64,000 nucleotides of DNA from Carcharhinus amblyrhynchos (lineage: Eukaryota). The position numbers and the translations under genes were made by a program. The notes under the pieces are model-generated. The model saw nothing but the letters and a program-made list of their open reading frames with translations. It was not told the DNA's origin and made no database searches. Positions 13,451 through 55,911 of the stretch are shown piece after piece; within the stretch, counting starts at the first letter, position 1, and the number at the start of each line of letters is the position of its first letter. The stretch is from NCBI GenBank assembly GCA_965287045.1, contig OZ336891.1, positions 21,018,001-21,082,000 of the forward strand, given 5' to 3'.

Positions 13451-13824
13451 ATTTTGTATACACCCATGAATATTGTTTTAATCTGTTACCAGCATTTTTA
13501 AGAAAGATGACCAATCTGCAGTATACTGGTGCATATCAGTATACTGGTGTATATCAAGGAGGCAGTCCTGTACCCAAATTTTTAAACTACTTGAGGCCAA
13601 ATAACAAAATCCTGGATTCCTAAGGCAGCAAAGAGGTACAATACAAATGAAACAGCAAGGGTTTTAAGCCATAGGAAATATTAGTACAACATTACTGTTG
13701 AATAAAAAAAGAAAATGTACACAGCCATGCAAACTTATCATATTGCAGCCAAACACAAGCCACTGATCTGGAAGTATGTAAAAAAAATTCATTTCTCCCC
13801 TGTATACCCTACTTCACCCATGAT

Positions 13825-14058
13825 GCACCGTGGCATTGTGGTTAGCACTGCTGCCTCAGGGCCAGGGTTCAATTCCTGGCTTGGGTCACTCTGTGCAGAG
13901 TTTGCATGTTCTCCCTCCCACAATCCAAGGGTCACGCCGTTTAGGTGCATGCTAAATTCTCCTGCAGTGTAAGTGAACATGTGCCAGAGTGTGGCGACTC
14001 AGGGATTTTGACAATTGCTTCATGTAAGCCTACTTGTGACACTAAAACTAAACTTTAA
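13825..14058 (+). mobile_element. HE1-like SINE head with a different 3' tail
   Basis: gtggttagcactgctgcctca head then gagtgtggcgactcaggg...gtaagcctacttgtgacactaaa tail; the same tail occurs alone at about 17217-17268. Confidence 0.75.
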
Positions 14059-14849
14059 ACATGGACAAACCAATTCATTAAATTGGTTGCATAATAAACA
14101 CTATATAGCTTTATTCCTATATTTGTCCCTTATAGATTTTAGCTCACATGATTTTGCAATTGTAAAAAAGAATCCTGCAGAGGGGTGTATGCATCTAGTT
14201 AAACTACTTTTCACTTCCTTTCAGCTCTGCAACATACTTCTTTCCTGTACTTAAATTCAAAAGATCAGGAAAAAAAAAGACATTCTTGCTGATTTTGGAA
14301 TCCTGTCAATGGTAATTTTTAGATCAAATAACACTTTTTCCCTAGCACAGGCAGTCTGTGCATCATACATGGTATTGCTGCCAGTAGACATGTTTATGAC
14401 CAATTGATCACTTGAACACTATGATGATTTGAAAAAGAAGATCCTTTCCCTTATTACAAGGTCAGTGGACAGACATGCTCCCAAGCCATCTCCTTTCTCA
14501 TTCCAAAGACCAATTCAAATTCAAACTGACTCCAATTCATGGTCCTCACAAGAAAAACATGCTAAATCCAAGATGACAAGAACTGGCATTGCAACTGATC
14601 TGACTTGATCTTATGCCTGATTATGCCCAAAATGATTAGATGATGAAGGGTCATTATATATTAACATCTCTTTTATGCCTTCAAGGTGAATATTTATTGA
14701 ATTACCTGTGGCATTGCCAATAATGTGATTCTTTGGTCATATTTGTGTCATTTTTAAATATTCCATTAGGATCAATGGTGAAGTCAATTCTGCAACAATT
14801 CATAGGTGCAACCACTCTTTTCGATGGAAGGTGGTGAAAGAAAAAGAAC

Positions 14850-16644
14850 TGAGAATAGCGCCCGATCCGCTTTATTTCAAGATTTGCACAATTGGGTTCT
14901 TACTGTAAGCAGGAATTTCCAAGGGACCTACAAAATGACATCGCCACACAATTTTAAATTTAGATTCATCACTGTGGTGCTTTACATAAAAGTGCATTTC
15001 CAAAAAAAATAAACAGATCACTGCACCTTACAAATGTTGCTGGGACAATATATACAAAGAATCTTTGACAGAATATCGAACAGGCAATTAATAAAGCAGT
15101 TCCAACCAACATAGGACAGCGTTGTTACAGCTGGATTTTTGATACACCATTGTAAGACTCAGTTCAAATGGTAGCAAAGCCATACCCAAACACTGTCCTA
15201 TAGCATAGGACAATGTGATACTGAAGGGAAACACTTATTCATGTACTTTAGATTTGCTAAATATTCATTAAATACACAACCTGGCCAAATATTACCAATA
15301 GCAAATAAAAGTTAACTAGCTGCATTGGTCAAATGCAATTAATTCAGACATTCCACAGGATATATTTCAACTGGGAAAAAAAAATACCTTTTCTGACGAC
15401 TTTGGATATAGCACTAGCTAAGAACAGACCAGTGTAATCTTACTTTATAGCCCAAAGGCATTTTAATTTGTTTCTAAAAAGGCAGACTTTCAATGGAGGT
15501 GTTTGACTGTCATTTCTTCTGGCACTGGTTGAAGATCTCCTCCAAAAAGTAGAGAAAACACTTTACAAACTCAACTTCCTTTCATGTACAATATTCACGT
15601 AAATCGTATGCAAAAAAGTTCACTTTATTTTTGAAATATAGTCTGTTTAGGTAAACAAGCCACATTGTAATGCAGTAGAACATGACCAAATTAATGATTA
15701 ATTCCAGTTGGTTTTCCTGGACTATGCAGTGAAGCAAATTTTAAAAACATTTTCTGGACAGATGTTACACAAAACATAAAATGGGGAACCTTCATTAGAA
15801 AACAGTAATATTTAAATACAATGTTATCATTTCTAAGATCTGCAGTAAATATAAACATAGAAGGGACAAATGGAAAGGATCAATTTCCTACTATATATCT
15901 TATAGCTCTTCCAATAATAAACTTGAGATTTCAAGTACTGATAAGTACTTTGGAACGTCAACAGTCACTGACAGAATGCTTCTTCTAAAGTGCTGTTCCA
16001 GGAATGGCAGTTGGGAAGCTGGTAAGTATGAACACATCTTAAACACTCAACTACATGAGTTACTCAGCCATCAACCTACCTATAGAAAACATGGTCAGAA
16101 GGCCAAGTGCACAGCCTAGATCTTAAGCAGGCTAACTTTAAAGCATGCAGACTGGCCACAAGTCATTCCAAAGCGAAAGCAGTTAATTTACTAGATACCT
16201 TAATCTCCATTTCAACGGTCAATATCCTACATGTAAAACACAGCTAGCTATCTCTTTGGTACGAGTATAAGATAAGATTTTGTCAGGTCTCTGGTGCTGT
16301 ACGTTGATACTTGTAGATTTTACAGTTCCTTGGCAAAAGACATTAAATTTTGAACTACTCATTTATACTCGCACTCATCATATATGTCATGAACAGCACA
16401 ACTGGTGAATGTAGACTAAATTAGTGTTCATTAGCAGCTAACAATCTGCAGCTATTAATGACTATGCATATTTCTCTGTAATCCAAACCCCTGCATAATC
16501 CCTTTTCCTGTATATATTTTTTTCAACTAAATATGTAAAATCTGCCTAAAGATTGGAGTAGCCTATACAGATATATTTGTACCTGTAAGACAATGAACCA
16601 GGTGCTGCATGAGGTTAAGGAAAGAACAAATATGAATTTGGTTG
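14850..16644 (-). other. SRPK1: Probable SRPK1 3' UTR
   Basis: AT-rich stretch without recognisable repeats after the stop; minus-strand AATAAA at 15629-15624 and 14876-14871, the latter followed by a U-rich tract. The end point is inferred. Confidence 0.55.
14871..14876 (-). terminator. Candidate polyadenylation signal of SRPK1
   Basis: AATAAA followed about 22 nt later by TTCTTTTTTCTTTC on the minus strand. Confidence 0.4.
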
Positions 16645-46535
<29,891 letters not shown>

Positions 46536-46809
46536 CTGAAAACAATAGCCAAGAGTTTAATACTCCCATGGGGGAATTCCATACCTACAGCAAAACTATT
46601 TTAATCTACCCAACGTTTCATTTTACTCCTGTTAAATATCACCATTGAGTGGTGACTTACTTGTTATAAAAGATTTCTTAAAAATAATCACATTTTCAAA
46701 AATGAGTATAGAAGAGCCACGTGCACACAAATCACAAAGCTTAAATGCAGGTACAGAAAGTAATTAGGAAGGTAGACAGTTGGTTAGCCTCTATTGCACA
46801 GAATTGCTG

Positions 46810-47360
46810 CAAGAGGGAAGTGTGGCTACACTGATGTAGGGTTTTGGTGATACGACACCAGAAGAACTGCATAGTTTTGATCTCCTTACCCAGGGGAGGA
46901 CATATTTGCCTGCGAGGATGTGCAATGAACATTCAGTAGATTGATTCCTAGGTTGAGTGTGAAGTCCTGCAAACAGAGATAGGGTAGAATGGGCCTATAT
47001 CCTCTGCATAAGGATTCAAGGTGGCCTCACTAAAATGCGTTAATGCTAAGCATCTATTTTATTGAGGCCTCGAAAACATTTCCTGTGGCTGAAAAATCTA
47101 GTCTCAGGGTAAGGAGTTAAATACTTTGCACTGGGGCAAGAACGATATCATTCAGTAGATTGTGAATATTTAGAATTCTCTACTTCAAAGGCTGTGGGCA
47201 CTCGGTCACTGAATATATTCAGGATCAAGATCCATGGATTTTTGGACATTAACAAAATCAAGGGATAGGTTGGAGGAGCAGGAAAGTTCAGACAGCTCTG
47301 CTGTCATTTTAAGGGTTGCCAAAGTAGGCTTGGGGGTGGGTCATTTGGCATCTTATATTC
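46810..47360 (+). mobile_element. Old CR1 3' portion
   Basis: gtacagg-like/ttggtga...catagttttgatctccttacc...agattgattcc...gaattctctac motifs. Confidence 0.65.
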
Positions 47361-47714
47361 TCATGTCCACAGCTGAAGGCAGATTTCACATCTTTTCTGG
47401 CATACTTTCGTTAAATAAACCGAGTAGAAATATATGCCATTATGACCAGTAGATCAGCTTTTTCAAATGAGTTTTAGCGCACAATACAGTGCATTGGAAA
47501 ATTATAGCAGCAATGGATTTGTTTTGATTACGTTGATGGATTACCTTAGCATCCTCTTTGGAAAGAGTGTAAGTGATAAGAAAGGGTTATTTGTAGTCTT
47601 GCTGGTGAAGCATGTTTATTAGATGCAGCTGACTGCAGTGTTTCTCTTTCTTTTAAATAAAATTTGAAAACTACAATATTACATCAGAAGGTACAAACTA
47701 CTATAAAGATGTCT

Positions 47715-49425
47715 TTTTAATTCCTTCACAGGGTGTAGGCATTGCTGGCTAGGCAAGCATTTGTTACCCAAGCCACAAGGAGCGGGGGGGAAGAAAGAGA
47801 GAGAGAGAAAAAGAAGAGTCACCTTCTTGAACCACTGCAGTCCACGTGGTGTAGGTACATCCTCAGTTCTTTTAGGAAGAAAGATTCAGAATCTTGACCA
47901 AGCAGTGAAGAAATGCTGATATACTTTCACGTAAGGCTGTTATGGATGGAGCGTAGCTTGAAAAAAAGAGAGAGCCCTGCAGGTCTTGGTGTTTTTAAGC
48001 ACCTGCTGCAATTGTCTTTTAGGTGATAGAGGTCATAGATTTGGGAAGTTTCTGTCAAAGTAGCCTTTTTGCCTTGCTGCAGATTGCACACACTGTTGCC
48101 ACTGTGCGTCTCATTGGAGGGAATGAAGTAGTAGACAGGATGATAATCAAGCAGGCTATGTCTGAAATGTTGGAAAGCTTTGACTGCTGGAGTCACCTCA
48201 TCCAGGCAAATGGAGAACATTCCATCACTCTTCTGACTTGTGCCTTGTAGAGGGACATGTTTTACAGAGTAGGGACATTATTCATGGCAAAATTTCCACC
48301 TTCTGTGGTCACAGTACTTATATAGCTGGTCCAGTTTTGTTTTTGGTCACTGGTAGCCCATTGACATTGGGGGCTTCAGCAATGGCACTGAATGTCAAGG
48401 GGAGATGGTCATTGCCTAGCATGTGAGGCGTGAACATTTCTTGCCACTTTTCAGCCCAAGCCTTAACATTGTTCAGGTCATGCTGCATTGGACTCCTTCA
48501 GTATCCGAGAATTCATAATTTGTGTTAAAAAAATCTGAAATCCGCGAACATCCCTACTCTGGCCTTGGGATGGAAAGATGGTCATAGATTAAGCAGTTGA
48601 AGATGGTTGGACTGAGGACACCACCCTAAGGAACTTCTGTAACAATGAACCGGGACTGAGATAATTGCTGTTCAACGATCAAACATAATTCTGTGTGCTA
48701 GGTATACGCTAACCAATGGAGTTTCCACCTACCCCCAGAATTTCCATTAACTTTCAGTTTGCCAGGATTCCTCAATACCATACTCTACTCTTAATATTAA
48801 GGTATTTGACAGTCACATTCATGGAATTCAGCCCCTTTCTCCATGCTTGGAACAAGGTTGTTACAAGGAGCCAAGAGGCCAATGAGGATCATTAAGTGCC
48901 ACTTGATCGCACTGTCAATACCCTCTGCCATCACCCTGCTAATGATCAAGAGTAGATTGAGATGACAGTAAATTTTCTAGATTGTACTGGTCTTGCATTT
49001 TATGGGCAGGTCACAACCAGGCAATTTTCTACACTGCCAGGTAAATGCCAATGTGTATCTATATTGGAAGAGCTCAGCTAGGTGCATGACTGGATCCCAA
49101 ATCTCCCCTCCAAAAAGCACTGTGGGTCTAACTACACGTGTGGACTGGAGCGGTTCAAGAAGCTCTGGAGCACTAAATTTTCAGTACTCTTGCCAGACTC
49201 CACAGCATTTGCAGTATCCAATGCCATCAACCATTTCTTGTATTACGGAGAGTGAGGGGAATTAGTGAAGACAGGCTTCTGTGATGCTGGGACCGTCAGA
49301 GATGGCGAGAGCAGCAACTGCTTTTGGACTGAAGCGCTAGGTTACCCCCATCACTGAGAACAGGGTTATTCATGGAGCCTCCTCCTCTGATTAGTTGTTT
49401 AATTGTTCACCACCATTCACAGCTT
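47715..49425 (-). mobile_element. CR1/L2-group LINE, decayed
   Basis: Tail gcattgctggctaggcaagcatttgttaccc; RT remnants (cagtccaaccatcttcaactgc = GPTIF-like, tggcaagaaatgttcacg = WQ.TF-like). Confidence 0.7.
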
Positions 49426-49619
49426 CTTTTCAAATTCTGTAGCTTAATACTAAACTAGTTACAGTGGATAAATTAGTAAATCAATATAGTCCAGGCAGTC
49501 AGTATTATGTACTTTCATAACATTCACAATTCAAGCCATTATTGCCCAAGTTTATCATTGTACATTTCAAGCCAAAGCACTTAAATTACAGCACTCATTT
49601 CACCTCGAGTAAAGGCTAC

Positions 49620-50655
49620 ACCATCTGCTCCACATAAATACATATCCATACAAAGACCGCTTATTTCCGCCTCCCTGACATCATCCAACTCTACCCTGCC
49701 TCAGCTCAGCTGAGACTAAAGCCCTCATCTGTACCATTGTTTCCTATAAATTTTGATTATTCCAACACATTAACAACTGCACTCCCATCCTTCGTAAACT
49801 TAAACTCATCTACAACTTTCCTGCTCATATTCCAACCCACGCCAAGTCCTGTTCACCCATCATCCTTGTTCACTGAGCTGCACTGGCTGATTCAGCAATG
49901 CATTTGTTTTAAAATTCTCATCTTCATTTTCAGATGTCTTCTTGTCCTTAGCCCTCCTGACTAACTTCCAATTGCTCTACAACATTTTATTATTTGTTGA
50001 TTGGACTTGGGCATCACTGGTCAGGCCAGTGTTTATTGCTCATCCCCAATTGCCCTCAGGCGGTGGATGGATTGTTGCCTTCTTGAACCTTCATAGTACA
50101 GATGCTGAAAGTACAAGCAAAGTCATCATGTCAGGAAGTTCCAGAATATTGACCCAGCAACAGTGAAGGATTGGCAATATGATTCCAAGTCAGGATTGTG
50201 TACAACTTGGAGGGGAACTTGCAGGTGATGGGGTTCCCGTGCATCTGCTGCCCTTGTCTTTCTAGGTGGTAGAGGTCACAGGTTTGGAAGGTGCTGCTGA
50301 AACAACCTTTGAGTTGCTGTAATGCATCTTGTATATGGTACACACAGATGCCAGTGTGTCAGCAGTGAATGGACTGCAAATCAAGCCAGCTGCTTTGGCC
50401 TGGATGGTGTCGAGCACGTTGAGTTCTGTTAGAGCTGCACTTTGAGATGAGTATTTGCACTCTGCCAATTTTGGTGTCTTGTGCTCACCCAATTTTAATT
50501 GCTTCATCATTGGAGCAGACCTGCAGCTGTTGAGGTCCTAAGCTCTGAAATTCCATCCTAAAACTTCTCCACTTCTATATCCTCCTTTCAGGATGCTCCT
50601 GTGAAGTGCTTGGAGACATTTAACCACATTAAACTCACTTATATAAACAGTTGTT
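49620..50655 (+). mobile_element. Old L2 LINE 3' end interrupted at about 49985-50450 by a minus-strand LINE
   Basis: KTAYF.., DYSN, ELHWL.QQCI.FKILI readings; resumes with gtcctaagctctgaaattccatccc and an L2-type tail. Confidence 0.75.
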
Positions 50656-51669
50656 GAACCACTTCCTTTAGAATAAGGATTGAAATCTCAGTATTCTATC
50701 CTTAAGCAATCTAATGAAATGGCAATAAAGTATGCTTAAACTATAACTTTTAGATTGTTGAAACTCAAAAGATTCAGGGCATGCAGAGTAATTTCCACAA
50801 AAATCAAGGCAGTTACATCAGAATAGCAAGTACTGTTATGCTTATTAACTACTTCATACATTGTACTAGCACAAATTCCTTCTCATGTACTGTATTCTGA
50901 ACAGCTGGCCAAAGGCAAAAGATCTGTTCAAAGATTTCTAAATAATCCCTTTATTCCACCATTTGTAGAATGAGAAATCATGAGAAACCACCCACCCAGA
51001 AATGCACAATTTCCAACCACTGCAATAACTGAAGTATTTAAGTTATTCCAAGTTACTGAGCACGTCCAAGCACAACACTACGCTACACTTTGCCTCATCG
51101 TCCAAAAAAGGTTCAGTATATTCGGATAATTTCACAAGTATGCTTTCTTCTCAAGTGAAAAATCTAATTGAGAGTGCAATGGCTAAATTAGTGAAGAAAC
51201 ATCTGAAGTCGACCAATAAGAGAAAAGCAATTTTAAAGCAATGATTCATTTGAAGGCAATATGTAGAAGTGTTCTGGGAACAGTACTTTGCTTTCTTCTT
51301 CCTAGATGCTAAAACTACTTGGGGAACGTTCATTTTTTTTGTTGGTCACTTGCACGATATAAAAATTGTGCACATGACAATACGTTCATTTGACAATTTA
51401 AAAGTCAATCAAAGCTTGCTGCAAAGCAAATAACTGCCTTCAAGGTAAAACAAAAGTCATAATTAGAAAACTGGATTTGCCACACCAAAGACCTTGGGTT
51501 ATCGTGAAAACATCCCTGGCCTTCAAGATCGTTGGTTCACCAACAGACATATCAATTCTTTGATATTACTAGTTTTATTCCAAATCAAAACCACTGGAGA
51601 ATAGCAACATTTAGCTTAAATTGTTACAACATGCCTACAGTTAATATGATGGGTCTCCCTCAATTCACA

Positions 51670-54135
51670 GTCTTGATATGGCTGCAGAGATGATTGTAAT
51701 TTTCCAAAATTCCATAGATTCTGGAAAGGTCCCAAAGGATTAGGAAATTGCAAACATAACACATCTTCAAGGAGAGACAAAGTCAGGAAACTAAAGGCCA
51801 GTTAGCGTTACATCTGTCATTAGGAAAATACTAGAATCCATTCATTAAATAGCAGAACATTTAGAAAATCGTAATAAAGCCACATTGAAAGGAAAACTGT
51901 GTTTGATGAACTTAGTCTGGATAAGTGCGAGGTGATGCACTTGGGTAGGACAAACAAGGCAAGAGAATACATGATGAACAGCAGGACCCTCGGAAGCATC
52001 CTAGGGACCCTGCTGTGCATATAGTGGTTCCTTAAGATAGCAGGACAGGTGGATAAAATGGTTAAGGTGGTATATCGTAAATGTGCCTTTGTTAGTTGAG
52101 ACAGAGGTTAAGAGATTATGCTAGAACAATACAAAACATTGTTTAGGCCACAATTAGAGTATTATGTGCAGTTTTGGAATCCACATTATAGGAGGGACAT
52201 AATGGCATTGAAAAAGAAAGGGTACAGAGGAGATTTACCAAGATGCCGGAGCTTCAGAGTTTTAGTTTTGGAGAGTTTGGATAGCCTGGCATTGTTTTCA
52301 ATGAAGCAGAGGAGACATAATGCGATATATTACGAGGGGCAGATAGAAAGAAAATTTTCCCCCTGGTGGAAGGATCAATGTCTGGGGAGGGGAGGGGAGG
52401 GGAGGGGAGGGCATAGATTTAAGGTAAAAGACAGGAGGTTGAGGGGGATGTGAGGAAAAACTTTTACCCAAAGGATGATGAGAGTCTGGAACTCACTGCC
52501 TGAAAGTGTGGTGGAGACAGAGACCTTGATAATATTTAATTTTAACAACAATTATGATGCCTACGAGGCTATGGGCCAAGTGCTGAAAATGGGATTAGGA
52601 CAGGTGATTTATCTTTAACTGATGCAGATGTAATAGACCAAAAGACCTTTTTCTGTGCTGTAATCCTCTACGACCTTCTTTGAGGATACAACAAAGTGAT
52701 GGATAAAAAGGAAACTAGACGATTTATGTATTCGAATTTCCAAAAGGTAGTCAATAGTGTTACCACATGAAAGGTTTCTGCAACACAAGAACCCTTAAAT
52801 TTGGGGGTAATGACATTAACACAAAATGAAAGATTGGTGAACAGCGAAGAGTCAGGATAAATAGGTAATTTTCAGGTTGATAAACTGTAGCCTTTGAGCT
52901 AAAGGGATCAAGCGATATAAAGAAAGGCAGGATCAGGATATTGATGTGATCAGCCATGACCAAAATGAATGACACAGCAGGCTTGAAGGGTCTACTCCTG
53001 CTTCTATTTTCTATGCTTCTACATATCTAGTAGGATTCCACAAAGATCAGTGCCAGGGCCTCAACTACCTATAAATTATATCAATGAATTGGATGAAGCC
53101 ACAGTGCACTGTAACCAAATTTACTGACAATGCAATATAGGTGAGAAACAAGTTGGAAAAGGGACAGACAATGGTCTGCAAAAGGACTCAGATAGCTTCA
53201 GTGTGTAAAAATTTGGCTGATTGTAAGCAATAAAAAAAATTATCTAAATACGGTGGTGCAATAGAGGATTCTGGGTATCCTCATACACAAAACACAAGAA
53301 ACCAACATGTAGGTGCAGCAATCGTGTTATTCATTTACGGGATGTGGGTGTCACTGGCTAGGCCAGCATTTGATGCCTATCCCTGATAATTACAAAGACA
53401 AATGGAAAGCCTGGCCTTTATTGTAAAGGAATGAAGTAGTTTCATTACAATTATGCAGGGCATGGGTGAGACCACACCCAGAGTGAGAACAACAGAAAAG
53501 CAGCATATTATCTAAATGGAGAAAGAATACAAGAGAGCAGTCGTACATGAATCTCAAAAGGTTAGTAAGCAGGTTTAGCAAATGATTAGAAAGGCAAATG
53601 GGATGCTGCTTACTGCAAGCGGAATGGAATACAAAATTAAGGAAGCTCTCCTGCAGTTGAGCATTCATGACACCATATCAGGTGTACTATGTACAGTTTG
53701 GGTCACCTTACTTAAAGCACATAACTGCACTAGCAGTTCAGAGAAGACTGACTCGACTGATTCCTGGAATAAAGGGTTGTTTTATGAGGAAAGATTGGAC
53801 CCATACCCGTTGGGAGTTTAGAAGAATTAAAGGTGATCTTACTGTAACATAAAGTTCCTGAGGGGCTGGATGCTGAGAGGATGTTCCCCCTTCTGGGAGA
53901 GACCAGAGATATCAATCTTTGGAATTCTCCACCCTAGAGAGCTGTAGAAGCTGCATCACTAAATACCTTCAAGGCTGAGGCAGCTAGATTTTTGAACTGT
54001 AGAGGAACAAAGGGTTATGATGAAAAGGCAAGAAAGTACAGCTGAGGTCAAGATCAGGTCAGTTTTTGCCTTATTGAATGGTGGAATAGGCTCAAGGGGC
54101 TATACGGCCAACATCTGCTTCTATTTATGTTCTTA
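51670..54135 (+). mobile_element. Nested CR1 LINE complex (host plus at least three insertions)
   Basis: Host RT pieces FQNSIDSGKVP.D, KGK.CL.NL | FFED...YSNFQK | SRIPQRSVPGPQL are separated by younger 3' fragments. Confidence 0.8.
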
Positions 54136-55879
54136 TTTCAGATAACATTCACATCATGCACCATAGTGTAACTGATGTCTGTACACTTTCGGTAAGAAAG
54201 GACACTAAAATTAGTTTATTTGCTACTGTTATCTTGCCAGCTGACCCTGAAGCAAGCCAACAGAGAAAATGGTGAACAAAAAAAGTGTCAGAGCCAAAAA
54301 TTAGAGGCAAAATATCCCTAATTATCCACCAAACCTAAAGGGCAGAGCAGGCTTCAAGGGGCTAAAGTGCCTATGCTTGCTCTTAATTTCTATTCTCATA
54401 TGTAGCTCTGCATATAGTTTTGGCTTTCTCTTAAGAATTTGCATTGAAGGCAATTAGGATAAAGGAATTGAAGAAATGTTGAGTCTATGCTTATTTTGGG
54501 ATTTAGAAGACTGAATGGTGATCTTATTAAAAACATTCTGAAGGTGCTTGATAGGAGAGATGCTAAGGGGACAATTGCCCAGTAGGGGAATCTGAAATGG
54601 AACAGTTCAACCCTTCACTATTTTGCAAAGTCACACATTAACACTTCACACACACAACCTACTGTGCTGTATATTCACTAGCTTAGAAGATCAAGAGTAC
54701 AGAAAACTAATCCCCTTCAGAAATGTTCTCCAATAGCTCAGAAATCTCAATTATAGTTTGGGACAAAGAGAGCTTCCTTTTTATTTCATTATTAACTCCC
54801 TTAGTACAAAGAAAATCTTATTTCAGTGCACTCAGAGAACCGGGACAGAGAAAACTGAAGGAGACATTAGTCCACGATGATTCCTTTGAAGAAAAACTTC
54901 ACCCATTATTTATGCAGCAAAATAACTGTGGTGAGATTTCCAATTGTGCTCTAGCCAAATTTTACAAAACACAACCACATTACAGAAAAGCTTATAGAAA
55001 TCAAGCGCAAATATTTGAGTCCTAAATAGGTGAGGGGAAGACATGCTTCTAATGAAGAGATGTCACCAATATCATCACTTTATGTTGAAGAAATCAAAAT
55101 AGTAAAGCATTATGATTAACATTGATAGATTGAAACACGATAGTCATTTCTGGAAGAATATTTTATCAAACACAACAATTTGCAAGAGTACTGGGCTTGA
55201 CAATGCTGTGAGAGGAAACTAAAACATGGAATAACTAAGGCTGATTCATTCTAGGATTTATCACTTACCAAACCCTAAAATTACTGGTCTCCCTCATCCC
55301 CCTTCTGTCCACCTACTATTAATATTCAGTTAATGTATCATGAACAAAATAAACTGGATAAAATTTCTCAGCTCCCACTGAAATCACAAATCTACAAGAG
55401 AAAAAACACTAAGAGTGTAGGAAAAGAGAACCATTTTGTAAGAACTTCACAACTAGATAGAGAAGTGCACAGGGACTCCAAAATAGCAGTTTGCAGACAT
55501 GACCTACATTAGCTAAACCAGAAGTCACCCATGAAGGCCAAATAGAAGGATAAATTTTGTTTGTAAAAAAAATCCATGCTGAATGCTACAAAATAAAGTT
55601 TAACAACTATGAAAAGACAAGGGACACAGAAGAGGTGCCTCTCCCGAATATTTCCAGTATTTTCTGATTTTATACTACAAGACAGTAGATTCTAGCAAAT
55701 GTGCAATTCCCCTTCACAGGTGGCACTGCAGCCAGTCTGGGATATGTTAATTTCTTTATCGCAGTTCCAAGCAAAGTTACTTCATGGAGCTGGATCATTC
55801 CTACCAACTAATTAGAACTTTTAAAGAATCAAATCTATATAAGGTGTGCCAGTGTTAAATGGTAGGTGCTTCCCCAACA

Positions 55880-55911
55880 CCGCCCCCGCCCCCCCCCCCC
55901 CCCCCCCCCCC
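55880..55911. repeat. Poly-C tract
   Basis: ccgcccccgccc...c run; explains the poly-Pro ORFs in the track. Confidence 0.9.

Noticed and set aside
13519-13556. 18-nt tandem duplication cagtatactggtgcatat (similar short duplication near 31488-31515)
   Set aside because: Two-copy slippage duplications; not an array and not CRISPR-like.
51287-51314. 28-nt minus-strand segment tag|TT TTA GCA TCT AGG AAG AAG AAA GCA AA|gtactg reading (V)LASRKKKA(K), phase-compatible with SRPK1 exon 2
   Set aside because: Weak acceptor and donor, lacks the conserved QARK motif, about half the expected length, and no CpG island or exon 1 nearby. True exons 1-2 probably lie beyond 64000. Junction reads to 46535 would overturn this.
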